Assembly (NCBI GenBank): GCA_964503095.1
Contig: CAZCZX010000001.1
Coordinates: 1-52,799, forward strand
Length of the DNA stretch: 52,799 nt
DNA from: an uncultured Sangeribacter sp.
GTDB taxonomy: Bacteria > Bacteroidota > Bacteroidia > Bacteroidales > Muribaculaceae
Reading direction: 5' to 3'
Shown: positions 37,735 to 48,387 of the stretch, piece by piece
Numbering within the stretch: the stretch's first letter is position 1
How the letters are laid out: every line of letters starts with the position of its first letter
Position numbers and translations under genes: made by a program
The notes under the pieces: generated by a model
What the model saw: the letters and a program-made list of their open reading frames with translations, nothing else
Told to the model about the DNA's origin: nothing
The model's database searches: none

Positions 37735-39318
37735 TTAAAATTCGGAGCTGAAGTGGAAGCGGATTTTGGGGAAGTCTGACTGAGCCATCTGGAGGACATA
37801 GTTGCTGTCGGCGAGGAATACGTCGCGGCCGTCTTTATCTTTTGCCATGAATTGATATTTGCGTTTTTTGAAGGCTTCGAGGGCTTCCTGGTCGTCGCTT
37901 TCTATCCAACATGCTTTGTATAGGCTGATTGGTTCCCAACGACATTGTGCGCCGTATTCGTGCAATAGACGGTATTGGATCACTTCAAACTGGAGTTGTC
38001 CGACTGTGCCGATAATCTTTCGACCATTAAATTGGTTGGTGAACATCTGCGCCACTCCTTCGTCCATCAACTGGTTGATACCCTTGTCAAGCTGCTTTGC
38101 TTTCATTGGATCAGAGTTCTCAAGATATTTGAACATTTCCGGAGAGAATGATGGGAGTCCTTTGAAATGCAGGTTTTCGCCAGATGTGAGCGTGTCGCCA
38201 ATCTTGAAATTGCCGGTGTCAGGAATACCGACGATGTCGCCAGGAAATGCTTCATCCACAATATTCTTCTTCTGCGCCATGAAAGCCGTTGGGGCTGCAA
38301 ATTTCATCATCTTGTTGTGGCGCACATGCTTGTAGTTGACATTGCGCTCAAACTTACCGCTGCATATTTTGACAAATGCTATACAACTGCGATGATTCGG
38401 GTCCATGTTGGCGTGTATCTTAAAGACAAACCCGGTGAAACCCTCTTCTTTTGGGTCTACAGTTCGCTCTTCTGCATCAATAGGAAGGGGGGCAGGAGCA
38501 ATTTCACAAAAACAATCAAGAAGTTCTTTCACACCAAATGTGTTGAGTGCGGATCCGAAGAAGACAGGAGCAACTTCGCCACGAAGATATGCTTCTTTGT
38601 CAAATTCAGGATAAACACCTTCTATGAGTTCAAGGTCCTCCCTAAGTTTGTCAGCATCGTCTTTTCCTACGAGTTCATCAACAATAGGTGAATTGACATC
38701 TTCAATCTCAACGCGTTCACTTATGGTCTGCTTTGAAGGAGTAAAAAGGTCGAGACCGTGCTCATAAATATTATATACACCCTTGAATTTCTCACCGATG
38801 TTGATGGGCCATGTCAGTGGACGGACTGAGATCTTAAGTTCCTGTTCAAGTTCATCAAGAATATCAAATGGATCACGACCCTCGCGGTCAAGTTTATTTA
38901 CAAAGATAATGACAGGAGTCTTTCTCATGCGACACACTTCCATAAGACGGCGCGTCTGAGTCTCGACGCCTTTGGCAACATCGACTACAATAATAACTGA
39001 GTCTACGGCAGTCAGTGTTCTGAAGGTATCTTCTGCGAAGTCCTGGTGGCCCGGGGTGTCAAGGATGTTGATCTTATAGTCCTTGTAGTTAAATCCCATT
39101 ACAGAAGTAGCCACAGAAATACCACGCTGCTTCTCAATTTCCATCCAGTCAGAAGTGGCGGTCTTCTTAATTTTGTTGCTTTTTACAGCTCCAGCCACAT
39201 GGATTGCACCACCGAAAAGAAGGAGCTTTTCGGTTAGAGTAGTCTTTCCTGCATCAGGGTGAGATATAATTGCAAATGTGCGGCGACGCGCAATCTCTTT
39301 ATTTAGTTCTTCCGACAT
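37735..39318 (-). CDS. prfC: Peptide chain release factor 3
   Basis: [32 protein letters not shown]. Confidence 0.97.
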   Translation of the reverse strand: MSEELNKEIARRRTFAIISHPDAGKTTLTEKLLLFGGAIHVAGAVKSNKIKKTATSDWMEIEKQRGISVATSVMGFNYKDYKINILDTPGHQDFAEDTFRTLTAVDSVIIVVDVAKGVETQTRRLMEVCRMRKTPVIIFVNKLDREGRDPFDILDELEQELKISVRPLTWPINIGEKFKGVYNIYEHGLDLFTPSKQTISERVEIEDVNSPIVDELVGKDDADKLREDLELIEGVYPEFDKEAYLRGEVAPVFFGSALNTFGVKELLDCFCEIAPAPLPIDAEERTVDPKEEGFTGFVFKIHANMDPNHRSCIAFVKICSGKFERNVNYKHVRHNKMMKFAAPTAFMAQKKNIVDEAFPGDIVGIPDTGNFKIGDTLTSGENLHFKGLPSFSPEMFKYLENSDPMKAKQLDKGINQLMDEGVAQMFTNQFNGRKIIGTVGQLQFEVIQYRLLHEYGAQCRWEPISLYKACWIESDDQEALEAFKKRKYQFMAKDKDGRDVFLADSNYVLQMAQSDFPKIRFHFSSEF

Positions 39319-39321
39319 GGT

Positions 39322-39870
39322 TTATTCAAGATCAAGCTCGTTGTTGTAATCTTTCTTATAATATTGGGCAAGTGTACCAAGGAAATGTGACACTTCTGAA
39401 GCGGCATCAAGAGTTTCCTTTGAAATTTCCTTACCTTGGATCTTCAGCATTAGAATGCCATAAAGGAAATTGAAAAGAGTCTCCATTTCGCCAACTTTAT
39501 TATCTCCTGCCTTGGCTCTCAATTCCACTATCAATGGCAGAATCTTATAGTATTCCGCTGCATATTTTGCATATTTTGGATCTTTTACGAGACGAGTATT
39601 AAGGTCGTCAAGTGCGATTATGACATTCTTATTCAGTTGAAGATGCCCTTTCTCTACCACATCTTCTCGACGCATCATGTCGATGAGGGATTCATACCAT
39701 TCCCTCATCTCTTTTCGCTGCTCATCTGATAGACCTTCGTGCTTATCAACTATGTTTTCCTGAATGCGGTCAAGGTCAAGGCCAAAAGCCCTAATCAAAT
39801 CTTCAATCTGCCACATATAGAGCAGATATTCCGCAATATTTTCCCTTTTTTTCTGAGATGCTGTTATCAT
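39322..39870 (-). CDS. DUF4924-like conserved Bacteroidota protein
   Basis: ENIAEYLLYMWQIEDLIRA N-terminal signature. A -7 element (39875-39882) sits 4 nt upstream of the ATG. Confidence 0.75.
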   Translation of the reverse strand: MITASQKKRENIAEYLLYMWQIEDLIRAFGLDLDRIQENIVDKHEGLSDEQRKEMREWYESLIDMMRREDVVEKGHLQLNKNVIIALDDLNTRLVKDPKYAKYAAEYYKILPLIVELRAKAGDNKVGEMETLFNFLYGILMLKIQGKEISKETLDAASEVSHFLGTLAQYYKKDYNNELDLE

Positions 39871-40017
39871 ACTGCAAAATTACAAAATTTACGTATACTA
39901 CGCAATTTTTATGATAGATTTTAAATTTAGTTTGTTATATAAATATGCAGTTTATTGCAAATTTATTCAAATACCTGTAAATATTTTATAAATATTCAAT
40001 TTCAACAACTATTCTAC

Positions 40018-41379
40018 ATGGAATCTAAGAAATATCTCCTTCAGGAAAAAGACATTCCGACAGCCTGGTATAATATTGTAGCCGATATGCCTGTAAAGCC
40101 ACACCCAATGATCAACCCTGCGACAGGCGAACCTCTAAAAGCAGAAGATCTCATGCCCCTCTTCTCTAAAGAAGCATCCTTGCAGGAGATGAACGACACA
40201 GACAGGTTTATTGAAATCCCGGAGGAAGTCAGGGAAATGTATAAGATTTACCGTCCGACACCTCTTGTTCGTGCGAGAGGATTAGAAAAAGCACTTGGCA
40301 CAAAAGCCCATATCTATTTCAAGAATGAAAGTGTAAGCCCTGTAGGGAGCCACAAATTAAACTCCGCCATTCCTCAAGCATATTTCTGCAAAAAAGAGGG
40401 AGTGACCAATATCACTACAGAGACAGGAGCCGGACAGTGGGGTGCAGCATTGTCTTTGGCCGCCAAGCATTTTGGACTTAATCTTGCAGTGTATATGGTT
40501 AAAGTATCTTTTAACCAAAAACCATATCGACGTTCGATTATGCAGACATATGGGGCTGAGGTCATAGCTTCTCCGTCTATGTCTACAAAAGCCGGACGCA
40601 AGATTATCACTGAAAATCCCAACTATCAGGGTTCTCTTGGCACAGCAATATCCGAAGCAGTAGAACTTGCTATGGCAACAGAAAACTGTAAATATGTGCT
40701 TGGATCTGTGCTCAATCATGTGGCTCTTCACCAGACAGTAATAGGACTCGAGGCTGAAAAGCAAATGGAGATGGCGGGAGAATATCCAGATATAGTGATT
40801 GGTTGTTTTGGCGGAGGAAGCAATTTCTCGGGAATATCTTTCCCATTCATGCGTCATAATTTCAGTGGTGAAAGAAATACCAGATTTATTGCTGCAGAGC
40901 CTGAGTCTTGTCCAAAACTGACAAGAGGTAAACTTCGTTATGACTTTGGAGATGAGGCAGGATACACACCGATGATTCCTATGTATACCTTAGGCCATGA
41001 CTTTGCTCCGGCAAATATCCATGCAGGAGGATTGCGCTATCATGGAGCCGGATCAGTGGTGAGTCAACTCAAAAGCCAGGATTTGATGGAGGCGGTAGAT
41101 ATTCCACAACTTGAGACATTTGCTGCTGCCACATTGTTTGCACAGACAGAAGGAATAATTCCAGCTCCTGAGAGTTCTCATGCTATAGCGGCTGCCATCA
41201 GAGAGGCTAAGAAGGCTAATGAGGAAGGTACGGCACCAGTGATCCTATTTAATCTTTCCGGACATGGATTAATAGATATGGCTGCCTATGACAGTTATAT
41301 CTCAGGCGATCTTGCCAACTATCAGGTATCTGATGATATGATAGAAAAGAACACAGAGAAACTCCAAATGGTGAAATAA
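40018..41379 (+). CDS. Stand-alone TrpB-like PLP enzyme (TrpB2)
   Basis: GSHKLNSA PLP lysine, TETGAGQWG, GGGSN, HAGGLRYHG, PAPES, LSGHG. No trpA adjacent. Confidence 0.92.
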   Translation: MESKKYLLQEKDIPTAWYNIVADMPVKPHPMINPATGEPLKAEDLMPLFSKEASLQEMNDTDRFIEIPEEVREMYKIYRPTPLVRARGLEKALGTKAHIYFKNESVSPVGSHKLNSAIPQAYFCKKEGVTNITTETGAGQWGAALSLAAKHFGLNLAVYMVKVSFNQKPYRRSIMQTYGAEVIASPSMSTKAGRKIITENPNYQGSLGTAISEAVELAMATENCKYVLGSVLNHVALHQTVIGLEAEKQMEMAGEYPDIVIGCFGGGSNFSGISFPFMRHNFSGERNTRFIAAEPESCPKLTRGKLRYDFGDEAGYTPMIPMYTLGHDFAPANIHAGGLRYHGAGSVVSQLKSQDLMEAVDIPQLETFAAATLFAQTEGIIPAPESSHAIAAAIREAKKANEEGTAPVILFNLSGHGLIDMAAYDSYISGDLANYQVSDDMIEKNTEKLQMVK

Positions 41380-41393
41380 CCCCCCGTTGAGAC

Positions 41394-41433
41394 AAAAAAG
41401 AAAGTCATCACCATAAGGATGACTTTCTTTTTT
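41394..41433. terminator. Bidirectional intrinsic terminator between trpB2 and sbcC
   Basis: AAAAAAGAAAGTCATC / GATGACTTTCTTTTTT perfect 16-bp stem, giving U-tracts on both strands. Confidence 0.88.
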
Positions 41434-41452
41434 ATGTTGATAAGCCAGATAA

Positions 41453-44400
41453 TTAGCGAGGTATCACTATTCTCGAACGACCTTCTCCGAAACTTTGCAC
41501 TTGTATTTGACAATCAATCTGCTCAGTAAGTTCCTCACGGTGAGAAATCACTCCAACTCTACGACCCGAATTCCCGTTTATCTCCGGCAATCGGCGCAAA
41601 GTATTCATCACCATTTCGAGGCTCTTTGCATCAAGGGTGCCGAAACCTTCGTCGATAAACAAAATATCCACATTCATATCAGGCCTATTCATGGCAGAAA
41701 GGGCAAGCGAAAGAGCAAGCGAGACCATAAATCTTTCCCCTCCTGATAGTACAGTGACACTTCGAGGTTCATTATTGTGATACCTGTCGCGAACAAAAAT
41801 TGAAAGCTGCTCGTTGACATCACTACATGTCAAAGTATAATGGTCAGTGATTTGACGTAGATATATGTTAGCGTTGTTCAGAAGCGGACGCAGTATATGA
41901 GACTGTACGAGTGTGCGAAAACGAGTGCCACCAAAATAAGAGTTCATTTTATCCCACTTTTCCATTCTCTCACGTTTCTTTTCAAGAGTAATCCTTAAGT
42001 TTTCGGTCTCTTTTCTGGTAAGGTCATCAGCATCAAGCTTTTCCTTAATAGCACCAAGACGTTGCGTTAAGTCTCTATACTGAGTAAGAAGCATATCTTC
42101 CTTCGCTTTAATTTCTTCAATTACTTCTATTTTTGACTCATCTTCAATATTTAGAGCATTAAGATTCTCTTGCTTTTTCTTTAGCGCATCTTCCAGGAGA
42201 GTAGAAATTCTTTGCTTTTCTTTAAGATGCAGATCATGCTCAGATCTCATATTGATGATTTCATCGCTGGCCTTTAATAGTTGAAGTAGAGTTGTTTCAG
42301 AAGTACCGCTCTGCTGATAATAATCCTGAAGTTTATTATCAAGAGAATGAATTTTTGCGTCATGCTCAGTAATTCTTTGATTGATGGAGACAACCTCTAT
42401 ATAAAAATCATTCCAAAGTTCACCTACGGCATCCAGTTTTAATTTTTGTATGTTGTCAGAATTTGATGATACTGCATCCGAAGAATCAACAGATTCAAAA
42501 ATGAATGAAAGAGACTTTTGTTTTTTTGCAATGGTATCCAGAGTCTTTATTTGAGTATTGTATTCAAACTCTTTCTTATCATAGTTAGAAGATTTATCCA
42601 AATACTCATCAGCATCTTTTTTAAGGCGAATCGCTATGGTTTTGGGATCATTGATCCAGTCAGTGGCATAATCCTTTAGATTATTGGAAACTTTATTGCA
42701 CAACTCATCCTTCTCATTATTCAACTCAAGAATACGTTGGAGCGACAATTTCAGAGTCTCTTCATTTTTGGTCTGTGAAGTAAGAAAACTTTGGAGTTTA
42801 TTCTCTTCTACTTTAAGATCTTTATCATTAGACTCCTTATGCTTTCTTAGGGCATCAATCTCGCTTTGAAGTTTATCTGTTTGCTCGATTTTTACAGAGA
42901 TATCCATGAGTCTCTTTTCAACTTTGTCAAACTCAAGGATGATGGAATGAGCAAGATCATTTGAGGTAGTGATTTTAAGAGACTTTACAATACCGGAGAT
43001 ATCAGTTTCCGCCTTAAGAACATTAGCAGTCTTTTTCTTCAGTTCTTTTTCTTTCGCTTTAAGTTCCCCAGCCAAAGTATTCATTTCCTTATTGACCTTA
43101 TCAGCATATTCTTTTGCTGATAAATATTCTGCAGCACATTTTTTCTTTTCCTCCTCAAGCGGAGAAAGAATATTAGAGAAAAACTCCTCACTCTTCCAAT
43201 CATGATATTTTTCTTCGATGGATTGACCGCAAAGTGGGCAATGAGTAGCATGTTCTTCGGCAAGTTGACGACGGAGCGATCTGAAGTTTTCTTCTACACT
43301 TAGAAGCATACTTCGGTATCTGCTTTCAGAATTATCCTTTTGTTTTTCCAAACGGAAGCATTCTTCAGATGCCGTTTGCGACACCGCAGAAAGATTATAT
43401 ATAGATTTAGCCAGAGAGGATATTTCTTTTTCTGACTTTACTATCTCTTTTTTTTCGACATCAAGAGTTTCGAGCCTCATTAATATATCTCTAAGAGATG
43501 CTTTATGCAACTGAAGTTCATCATATTCTTTGCGAAGAGATGCTGGCTTGAGAGAATCTCGTTCAGAAACCTTTTCATTTATTCGATTCTGATAATCATT
43601 AGAGACATCGCGTTTCTCATTCACCTTATCATTCTGAATAGAAATATCTTTAGCGATAATCTTTAACTCAGTTTGCAATTTGCTGGAAGTTTCCTCAATA
43701 CGAGAGATATCCTTACCCTTTACATCGTAACTATTAAGATTTTCTATTACTACAGTCGCTGTAGAGAAAAGTGATTTTAATGGTTGCTGACTGTCAATCC
43801 ATAGTTTTAATTGCTCAAGACTCTGGAAGTCTTCTTTCGCTTTCTCTTGACGTTGGAGAAGGTCATTAGAAAAGAGATAGAAGTCTGCTTTCTTTTCCAG
43901 CAAAGAATTTTTATCCATTTTCAGAGACTCTACTGCCTTCAATTTGTCGGAAAGAAGTTCTCTTTGAGAAGTGGTGCTATCCCAAAGTTTAATTGTAGAG
44001 ACTCTTCTCCGATAATCTGCAGTCACTTCACGATCATCGAGAACTTTTAATGCATCTTGAAGAGAATCAATGTCTTTAACGGCTTTAATCAGAGCCTCAG
44101 TTGAAGTCAAACATCGGCGGACTTCTTCGGAAGATTTCCTACAATTTTCTGCCTGAGCATTTTTAGCAGTAAATTCTAAAGACAATTCTTGACGCATAGC
44201 ATCGTCGAGCAATTTTTTGCTGAATTCTTGGAAAATCTTCCGGTTATTCTCAAAATCTTGTTTTGATTCCTTGAATATGGCTGAAATTGCATCTCCATAG
44301 CGAGAGAAAATGTCGGTTGCGGTAAGTTGCTCAAGAATCCTTTCTCTCTCTTCTTTTTTTCCGGTAAGGAAGGTTGCAAACTGTCCTTGAGCTAGCATAG

Positions 44401-44914
44401 CCATTCTGCTGAATTGCTCGAAAGAGAGACCAACTGCTTGCTCAATTCTTGCTTTAATCTCATTTTTCCGATTTTCAATTACTTCGCTATCGCCAACGAA
44501 GAGAGTCCATTCCGGTGTCCTATATCTGTTGCGATTAGTTCTGCCAAGAGAAAAACGGGAAACGTATTTTATGTTGTCGTTTCCGATAAAAGTGAGTTCT
44601 GCAAAGCATTCATCTTTCCATGAAATGCCTATACGTGTATATTGAGTGATATCATTGACGGAAATTTCTTCCCCATTATTGTTTTGATAGACATTGTTAT
44701 TAATTCCATTGACGCTTTTGACACGAGGAGTGGTGCCATATAGAGCCATTGAAATGCAATCGAGAATTACGGACTTTCCCGAGCCGGTGTCACCGGTGAT
44801 TAGGAATAGAGATGCCGGTCTTTGGGTCTCAGGGTCAATGAGACCATTTTCAAAGTCAATTTCACCCTTTTCAATTGACGCTATATTTCGGATAATAAGT
44901 CTTTTGATCTTCAT
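41453..44914 (-). CDS. sbcC: SbcC/Rad50 SMC-like ATPase
   Basis: Walker A GDTGSGKS, Q-loop LAQGQF, CPLC zinc hook, long coiled coils, LSGGE, FIDEGFG. Confidence 0.93.
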   Translation of the reverse strand: MKIKRLIIRNIASIEKGEIDFENGLIDPETQRPASLFLITGDTGSGKSVILDCISMALYGTTPRVKSVNGINNNVYQNNNGEEISVNDITQYTRIGISWKDECFAELTFIGNDNIKYVSRFSLGRTNRNRYRTPEWTLFVGDSEVIENRKNEIKARIEQAVGLSFEQFSRMAMLAQGQFATFLTGKKEERERILEQLTATDIFSRYGDAISAIFKESKQDFENNRKIFQEFSKKLLDDAMRQELSLEFTAKNAQAENCRKSSEEVRRCLTSTEALIKAVKDIDSLQDALKVLDDREVTADYRRRVSTIKLWDSTTSQRELLSDKLKAVESLKMDKNSLLEKKADFYLFSNDLLQRQEKAKEDFQSLEQLKLWIDSQQPLKSLFSTATVVIENLNSYDVKGKDISRIEETSSKLQTELKIIAKDISIQNDKVNEKRDVSNDYQNRINEKVSERDSLKPASLRKEYDELQLHKASLRDILMRLETLDVEKKEIVKSEKEISSLAKSIYNLSAVSQTASEECFRLEKQKDNSESRYRSMLLSVEENFRSLRRQLAEEHATHCPLCGQSIEEKYHDWKSEEFFSNILSPLEEEKKKCAAEYLSAKEYADKVNKEMNTLAGELKAKEKELKKKTANVLKAETDISGIVKSLKITTSNDLAHSIILEFDKVEKRLMDISVKIEQTDKLQSEIDALRKHKESNDKDLKVEENKLQSFLTSQTKNEETLKLSLQRILELNNEKDELCNKVSNNLKDYATDWINDPKTIAIRLKKDADEYLDKSSNYDKKEFEYNTQIKTLDTIAKKQKSLSFIFESVDSSDAVSSNSDNIQKLKLDAVGELWNDFYIEVVSINQRITEHDAKIHSLDNKLQDYYQQSGTSETTLLQLLKASDEIINMRSEHDLHLKEKQRISTLLEDALKKKQENLNALNIEDESKIEVIEEIKAKEDMLLTQYRDLTQRLGAIKEKLDADDLTRKETENLRITLEKKRERMEKWDKMNSYFGGTRFRTLVQSHILRPLLNNANIYLRQITDHYTLTCSDVNEQLSIFVRDRYHNNEPRSVTVLSGGERFMVSLALSLALSAMNRPDMNVDILFIDEGFGTLDAKSLEMVMNTLRRLPEINGNSGRRVGVISHREELTEQIDCQIQVQSFGEGRSRIVIPR

Positions 44915-44925
44915 AATGCAGAGAA

Positions 44926-46164
44926 TTATTCGCCGTCGTTCTTTTTCAAAAAACATTCAACTTCATAGAATAAATCATCAATTTCTTTCTCGGTCAGACC
45001 CGGATAATCACCAGAGGTTTTGCGAATAAACTCACGAGGATCAGTCATTTGCTTAATATCCTCCAATTCGAATTGATGTTTGATTCTATCAGCCGAAGTT
45101 ATAGACTCATCGTCGGAGGCAACAAAAATCATCCTGGGATTAAACCTTATATCTTTTCCGCTCTTATCAATAATGTCGTAGACAAGGGAGTTGAAATCAG
45201 CAGGAATTGAGGCATTTTGAGAGAACCGAAATCTAAAATAGACTTTATCGGCAGATTCTACATATCTTTTTAGATATGATAAAGCATCTTTTGCAGATTC
45301 AAATGGGAAAGAATCGTCGATAGGGAGAGTGACAAAATGGCGAAGCTGTTTAATTTTTAACTGTTGAATAGTAATGTCTCCTCCATGCCTGTCAATATCA
45401 ACAAGACTGACAGAATGAGGATATTTTTCATCTTCGCTGACATGAACCACACTTCCTGAGTATCTTGCAACGGGAGCAGGATAGACATGTTGTTTTTCAT
45501 CAAAAACGTTTTTGTGACCGATGGTTTGAGGTTTGTGGATATGTCCGAGAGCGAGATAATCGTAGTCGGAGCCAAAACGATCTAAAGAAACTGTCCGCAT
45601 GTTGCCGATTTCCACATCGTGTCCCTCTAAATCAGAACCTACCACGGCGATATGACCCGTCATCACTACGGGAAGATTGCGAGTGTTTAAATTCGCCACA
45701 TATTCCTGAAGGTGCACCATTGCATCAGAACGATCACCAGACATGTATGGAATGGCAATCACAAACCCAGATGGCAATTTGACAATATACCTCTCTTCCC
45801 ATCCTTCAGAAGCAGAATTGAGAATCGGAGGGGGAGTGCCCACAACAGTGATTCCGGCAAGTTTCCAAACCTTACTGTGAGACTCTATACGGGAAGCAGA
45901 ATCGTGATTTCCAGCCACAATTACAATATTAAGTTCGGGAAATCTACGATGCAAGTCTACGATTTCAGAGTTGAAATCAGTCCAGACTGAAGCCGATGGT
46001 TGCGCCACATCGAAGATGTCGCCGCTTATAAGCAATAGGTCGGGATCATAAATATCAATGAAATCACGCAGTTGCTCAAAAAAATATCTATGTTCGTCGA
46101 GTCTTTCATAATGTCGGTAGATAACTTGCCCGAAATGAAGGTCGGAAGTATGCAGAATACGCAT
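44926..46164 (-). CDS. sbcD: SbcD/Mre11 nuclease
   Basis: HTSDLHFG, GDIFD, GNHDS, ALGHIH, RYSGS. Confidence 0.93.
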   Translation of the reverse strand: MRILHTSDLHFGQVIYRHYERLDEHRYFFEQLRDFIDIYDPDLLLISGDIFDVAQPSASVWTDFNSEIVDLHRRFPELNIVIVAGNHDSASRIESHSKVWKLAGITVVGTPPPILNSASEGWEERYIVKLPSGFVIAIPYMSGDRSDAMVHLQEYVANLNTRNLPVVMTGHIAVVGSDLEGHDVEIGNMRTVSLDRFGSDYDYLALGHIHKPQTIGHKNVFDEKQHVYPAPVARYSGSVVHVSEDEKYPHSVSLVDIDRHGGDITIQQLKIKQLRHFVTLPIDDSFPFESAKDALSYLKRYVESADKVYFRFRFSQNASIPADFNSLVYDIIDKSGKDIRFNPRMIFVASDDESITSADRIKHQFELEDIKQMTDPREFIRKTSGDYPGLTEKEIDDLFYEVECFLKKNDGE

Positions 46165-46190
46165 TGGAAGAATTTAAAAATATGATATAA

Positions 46191-46218
46191 AAGGGACGCA
46201 CAGATATGTGCATCCCTT
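46191..46218 (-). terminator. Hairpin terminator after serA
   Basis: On the minus strand AAGGGATGCACA-TATC-TGTGCGTCCCTT forms a 12-bp stem with one G-U pair, followed by a T-rich tail. Confidence 0.7.
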
Positions 46219-46240
46219 ATGAGAAAAAAGAGATAATATC

Positions 46241-47158
46241 TTATTTATTGACCTGATATTTGTTCCAGCCGTCTTTTAGGTAGGCGAGAACTTGCTCGGC
46301 TGCTGCCACACCTGCATTGAAATTGGCTTCAGCAGTCTGTGCTCCCATTTTCTTCGGAGTGAAGAACACTCGAGCACCAAACTTCTGCTCAAACTCTTCT
46401 GCCTTATCAGGTTTTATGTCGCTGACATAGCGAAGGTCTTGACGCTCTTCAAGTGCTTTGATCAGACCATCCTCATCAATTACTTCCTTGCGGGCAGTAT
46501 TTACGAGCACCCCCCCTTTTGGCATCTTCATGACGAGATCGTAACCAATGCTTTTCTTCGTCTCTGCTGTAGCCGGGATATGGAGGGAAACGAAATCATT
46601 CTCTGAGAAAAGAGCATTGACATCATGAACCGGACGAACACCTTCTGCCTCCATTACATCGTCAGCTACAAATTTATCGAGAGCTGAAATGTTCATGCCA
46701 AAGCCTTTAGCAATGCGGGCTACATTTCTGCCAACTTGACCAAATGCGTAGATACCTAAATTTTTCCCTTTAAGTTCTGAACCGGACTTTCCGTTGTATT
46801 GGTTGCGACACATCATCACTACCATACCAAACACAAGTTCGGCAACAGCATTAGAGTTCTGACCCGGAGTATTCATCACGCAGATGCCTCGCTTTGTGGC
46901 TGCTTCAAGATCAATATTGTCATATCCGGCACCAGCGCGGACAATGACCTTAAGTTGAGGGGCAGCCGCCATCACTTCATCATCTATCTTATCGCTGCGC
47001 ACTATGAGACCCTCAACGTCCTTGACTGCTTCAAGAAGATCCTCACGAGTACCCATCTCTACGAGTTTCAGTTCGTTGCCACTGGCATTGACAGTATTGG
47101 CAATCGCCTTTACTGCATCTTTAGCGAAAGGCTTTTCCGTAAAAACTAATACTTTCAT
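46241..47158 (-). CDS. serA: Short D-3-phosphoglycerate dehydrogenase (type IIIK-like)
   Basis: RAGAGYDNID, NTPGQN, VNTAR; TPKKMGAQT in place of TPH.GA. Directly downstream of serC. Confidence 0.85.
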   Translation of the reverse strand: MKVLVFTEKPFAKDAVKAIANTVNASGNELKLVEMGTREDLLEAVKDVEGLIVRSDKIDDEVMAAAPQLKVIVRAGAGYDNIDLEAATKRGICVMNTPGQNSNAVAELVFGMVVMMCRNQYNGKSGSELKGKNLGIYAFGQVGRNVARIAKGFGMNISALDKFVADDVMEAEGVRPVHDVNALFSENDFVSLHIPATAETKKSIGYDLVMKMPKGGVLVNTARKEVIDEDGLIKALEERQDLRYVSDIKPDKAEEFEQKFGARVFFTPKKMGAQTAEANFNAGVAAAEQVLAYLKDGWNKYQVNK

Positions 47159-47170
47159 AATAACGACTGA

Positions 47171-48241
47171 TTAATGAAGTGATTCAAATTCATGCATGCA
47201 TTCTACGAGAGCATCTACAGATTCCATTGGAAGAGCATTATAGAGAGATGCACGGAATCCGCCTACATCACGATGTCCCTTTATGCCGATGATGCCCTTT
47301 GAAGTAGCAAAGTCGATGAAGTCTTTCTCAAACTCTGCATATTCAGGCTTCATGACGAAGCAAACATTCATAATTGAACGTGACGCTTTATCCTGAACTG
47401 TAGCCACAAACATCTTGCTTGAGTCAATGGCCTCATAAAGTTTTTCTGCCTTTGCTATGTCCATCTTCTCTATTTCGCGAATGCCGCCGAGGCTCTTATA
47501 ATACTTAAGAGTCTGAAGTGCGGCAAAGATAGGAAGCACTGGTGGTGTGTTGAACATAGAACCTTTGTCAACATGAGTCTTATATTTGAGCATTGTGGGA
47601 ATTACACGGCTCACCTTGTCGAGAGCTGCGTCCTTGACGATACAGATAGTCACGCCTGAAGGAGCAAGATTTTTCTGTGCACCTGCATAGATGAGATCAT
47701 ACTTACTTACGTCTACAGGACGAGAGAAGATATCAGAGCTCATGTCGCAAATCATAGGCACGCTCACTTCCGGATCTTTGCGGATTTCTGTGCCATAGAT
47801 AGTGTTGTTGGAAGTATAGTGGAAGTAATCAGCGTCTGCAGGCACTGTCCAACCAGTTGGAATTACTGTATACTTACTGTCTTTACCAGAAGCCACTACA
47901 TCGACCTCACCAAATAGTTTTGCCTCTTTAATGGCCTTTGAAGCCCATACACCGGTGTCAAGGTAAGCAGCTTTGGTATTGAGGAAGTTCATAGGAGCCA
48001 TTGCGAACTGAAGACTTGCACCGCCACCGAGGAAAAGCACACTATAACCTTCCGGCACTTCAAGAAGTTCTTTTACAAGAGCTACTGCTTCATCCACAAC
48101 AGCTTGAAATTGCTTGCTGCGGTGGGAAATTTCAAGGATCGAAAGACCCATGTCAGCGAAGTCGATGATAGCATCCGCTGTATTCTTGATAGTGTACTGG
48201 CTCAAAATTGATGGGCCTGCATAAAAATTGTGTTTCTTCAT
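47171..48241 (-). CDS. serC: Phosphoserine aminotransferase
   Basis: NFYAGP, EISHRS, GGASLQF, DMSSD, GAQKN, NTPP, KGHR.VGG.RAS.YNA. Confidence 0.96.
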   Translation of the reverse strand: MKKHNFYAGPSILSQYTIKNTADAIIDFADMGLSILEISHRSKQFQAVVDEAVALVKELLEVPEGYSVLFLGGGASLQFAMAPMNFLNTKAAYLDTGVWASKAIKEAKLFGEVDVVASGKDSKYTVIPTGWTVPADADYFHYTSNNTIYGTEIRKDPEVSVPMICDMSSDIFSRPVDVSKYDLIYAGAQKNLAPSGVTICIVKDAALDKVSRVIPTMLKYKTHVDKGSMFNTPPVLPIFAALQTLKYYKSLGGIREIEKMDIAKAEKLYEAIDSSKMFVATVQDKASRSIMNVCFVMKPEYAEFEKDFIDFATSKGIIGIKGHRDVGGFRASLYNALPMESVDALVECMHEFESLH

Positions 48242-48308
48242 CTTCTTTAAGTTTAGATGTATGAATGTTTTTCTATCTCAGTGGGAGAGATGTATAAATT
48301 CTCTGATG

Positions 48309-48316
48309 CAAATTTA
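48309..48316 (-). promoter_or_regulatory. -7 element (TAAATTTG) for serC-serA
   Basis: Consensus match 68 nt upstream of ATG 48241. Confidence 0.55.
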
Positions 48317-48387
48317 ATCAAATTTTATCAATTTGCCAACTTTGTTACCAAAATTTTAATAAAACAGATAGACTGTCTCTTGAAAGA

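Noticed and set aside
41453-46164. SMC-like ATPase plus nuclease considered as a defence system (Wadjet/Lamassu-like)
   Set aside because: Zinc hook, Mre11-type motifs and sbcD-sbcC order fit ordinary SbcCD, with no accessory defence genes. The apparent AT-richness is plausibly due to Lys/Glu-rich coiled coils and was not quantified.
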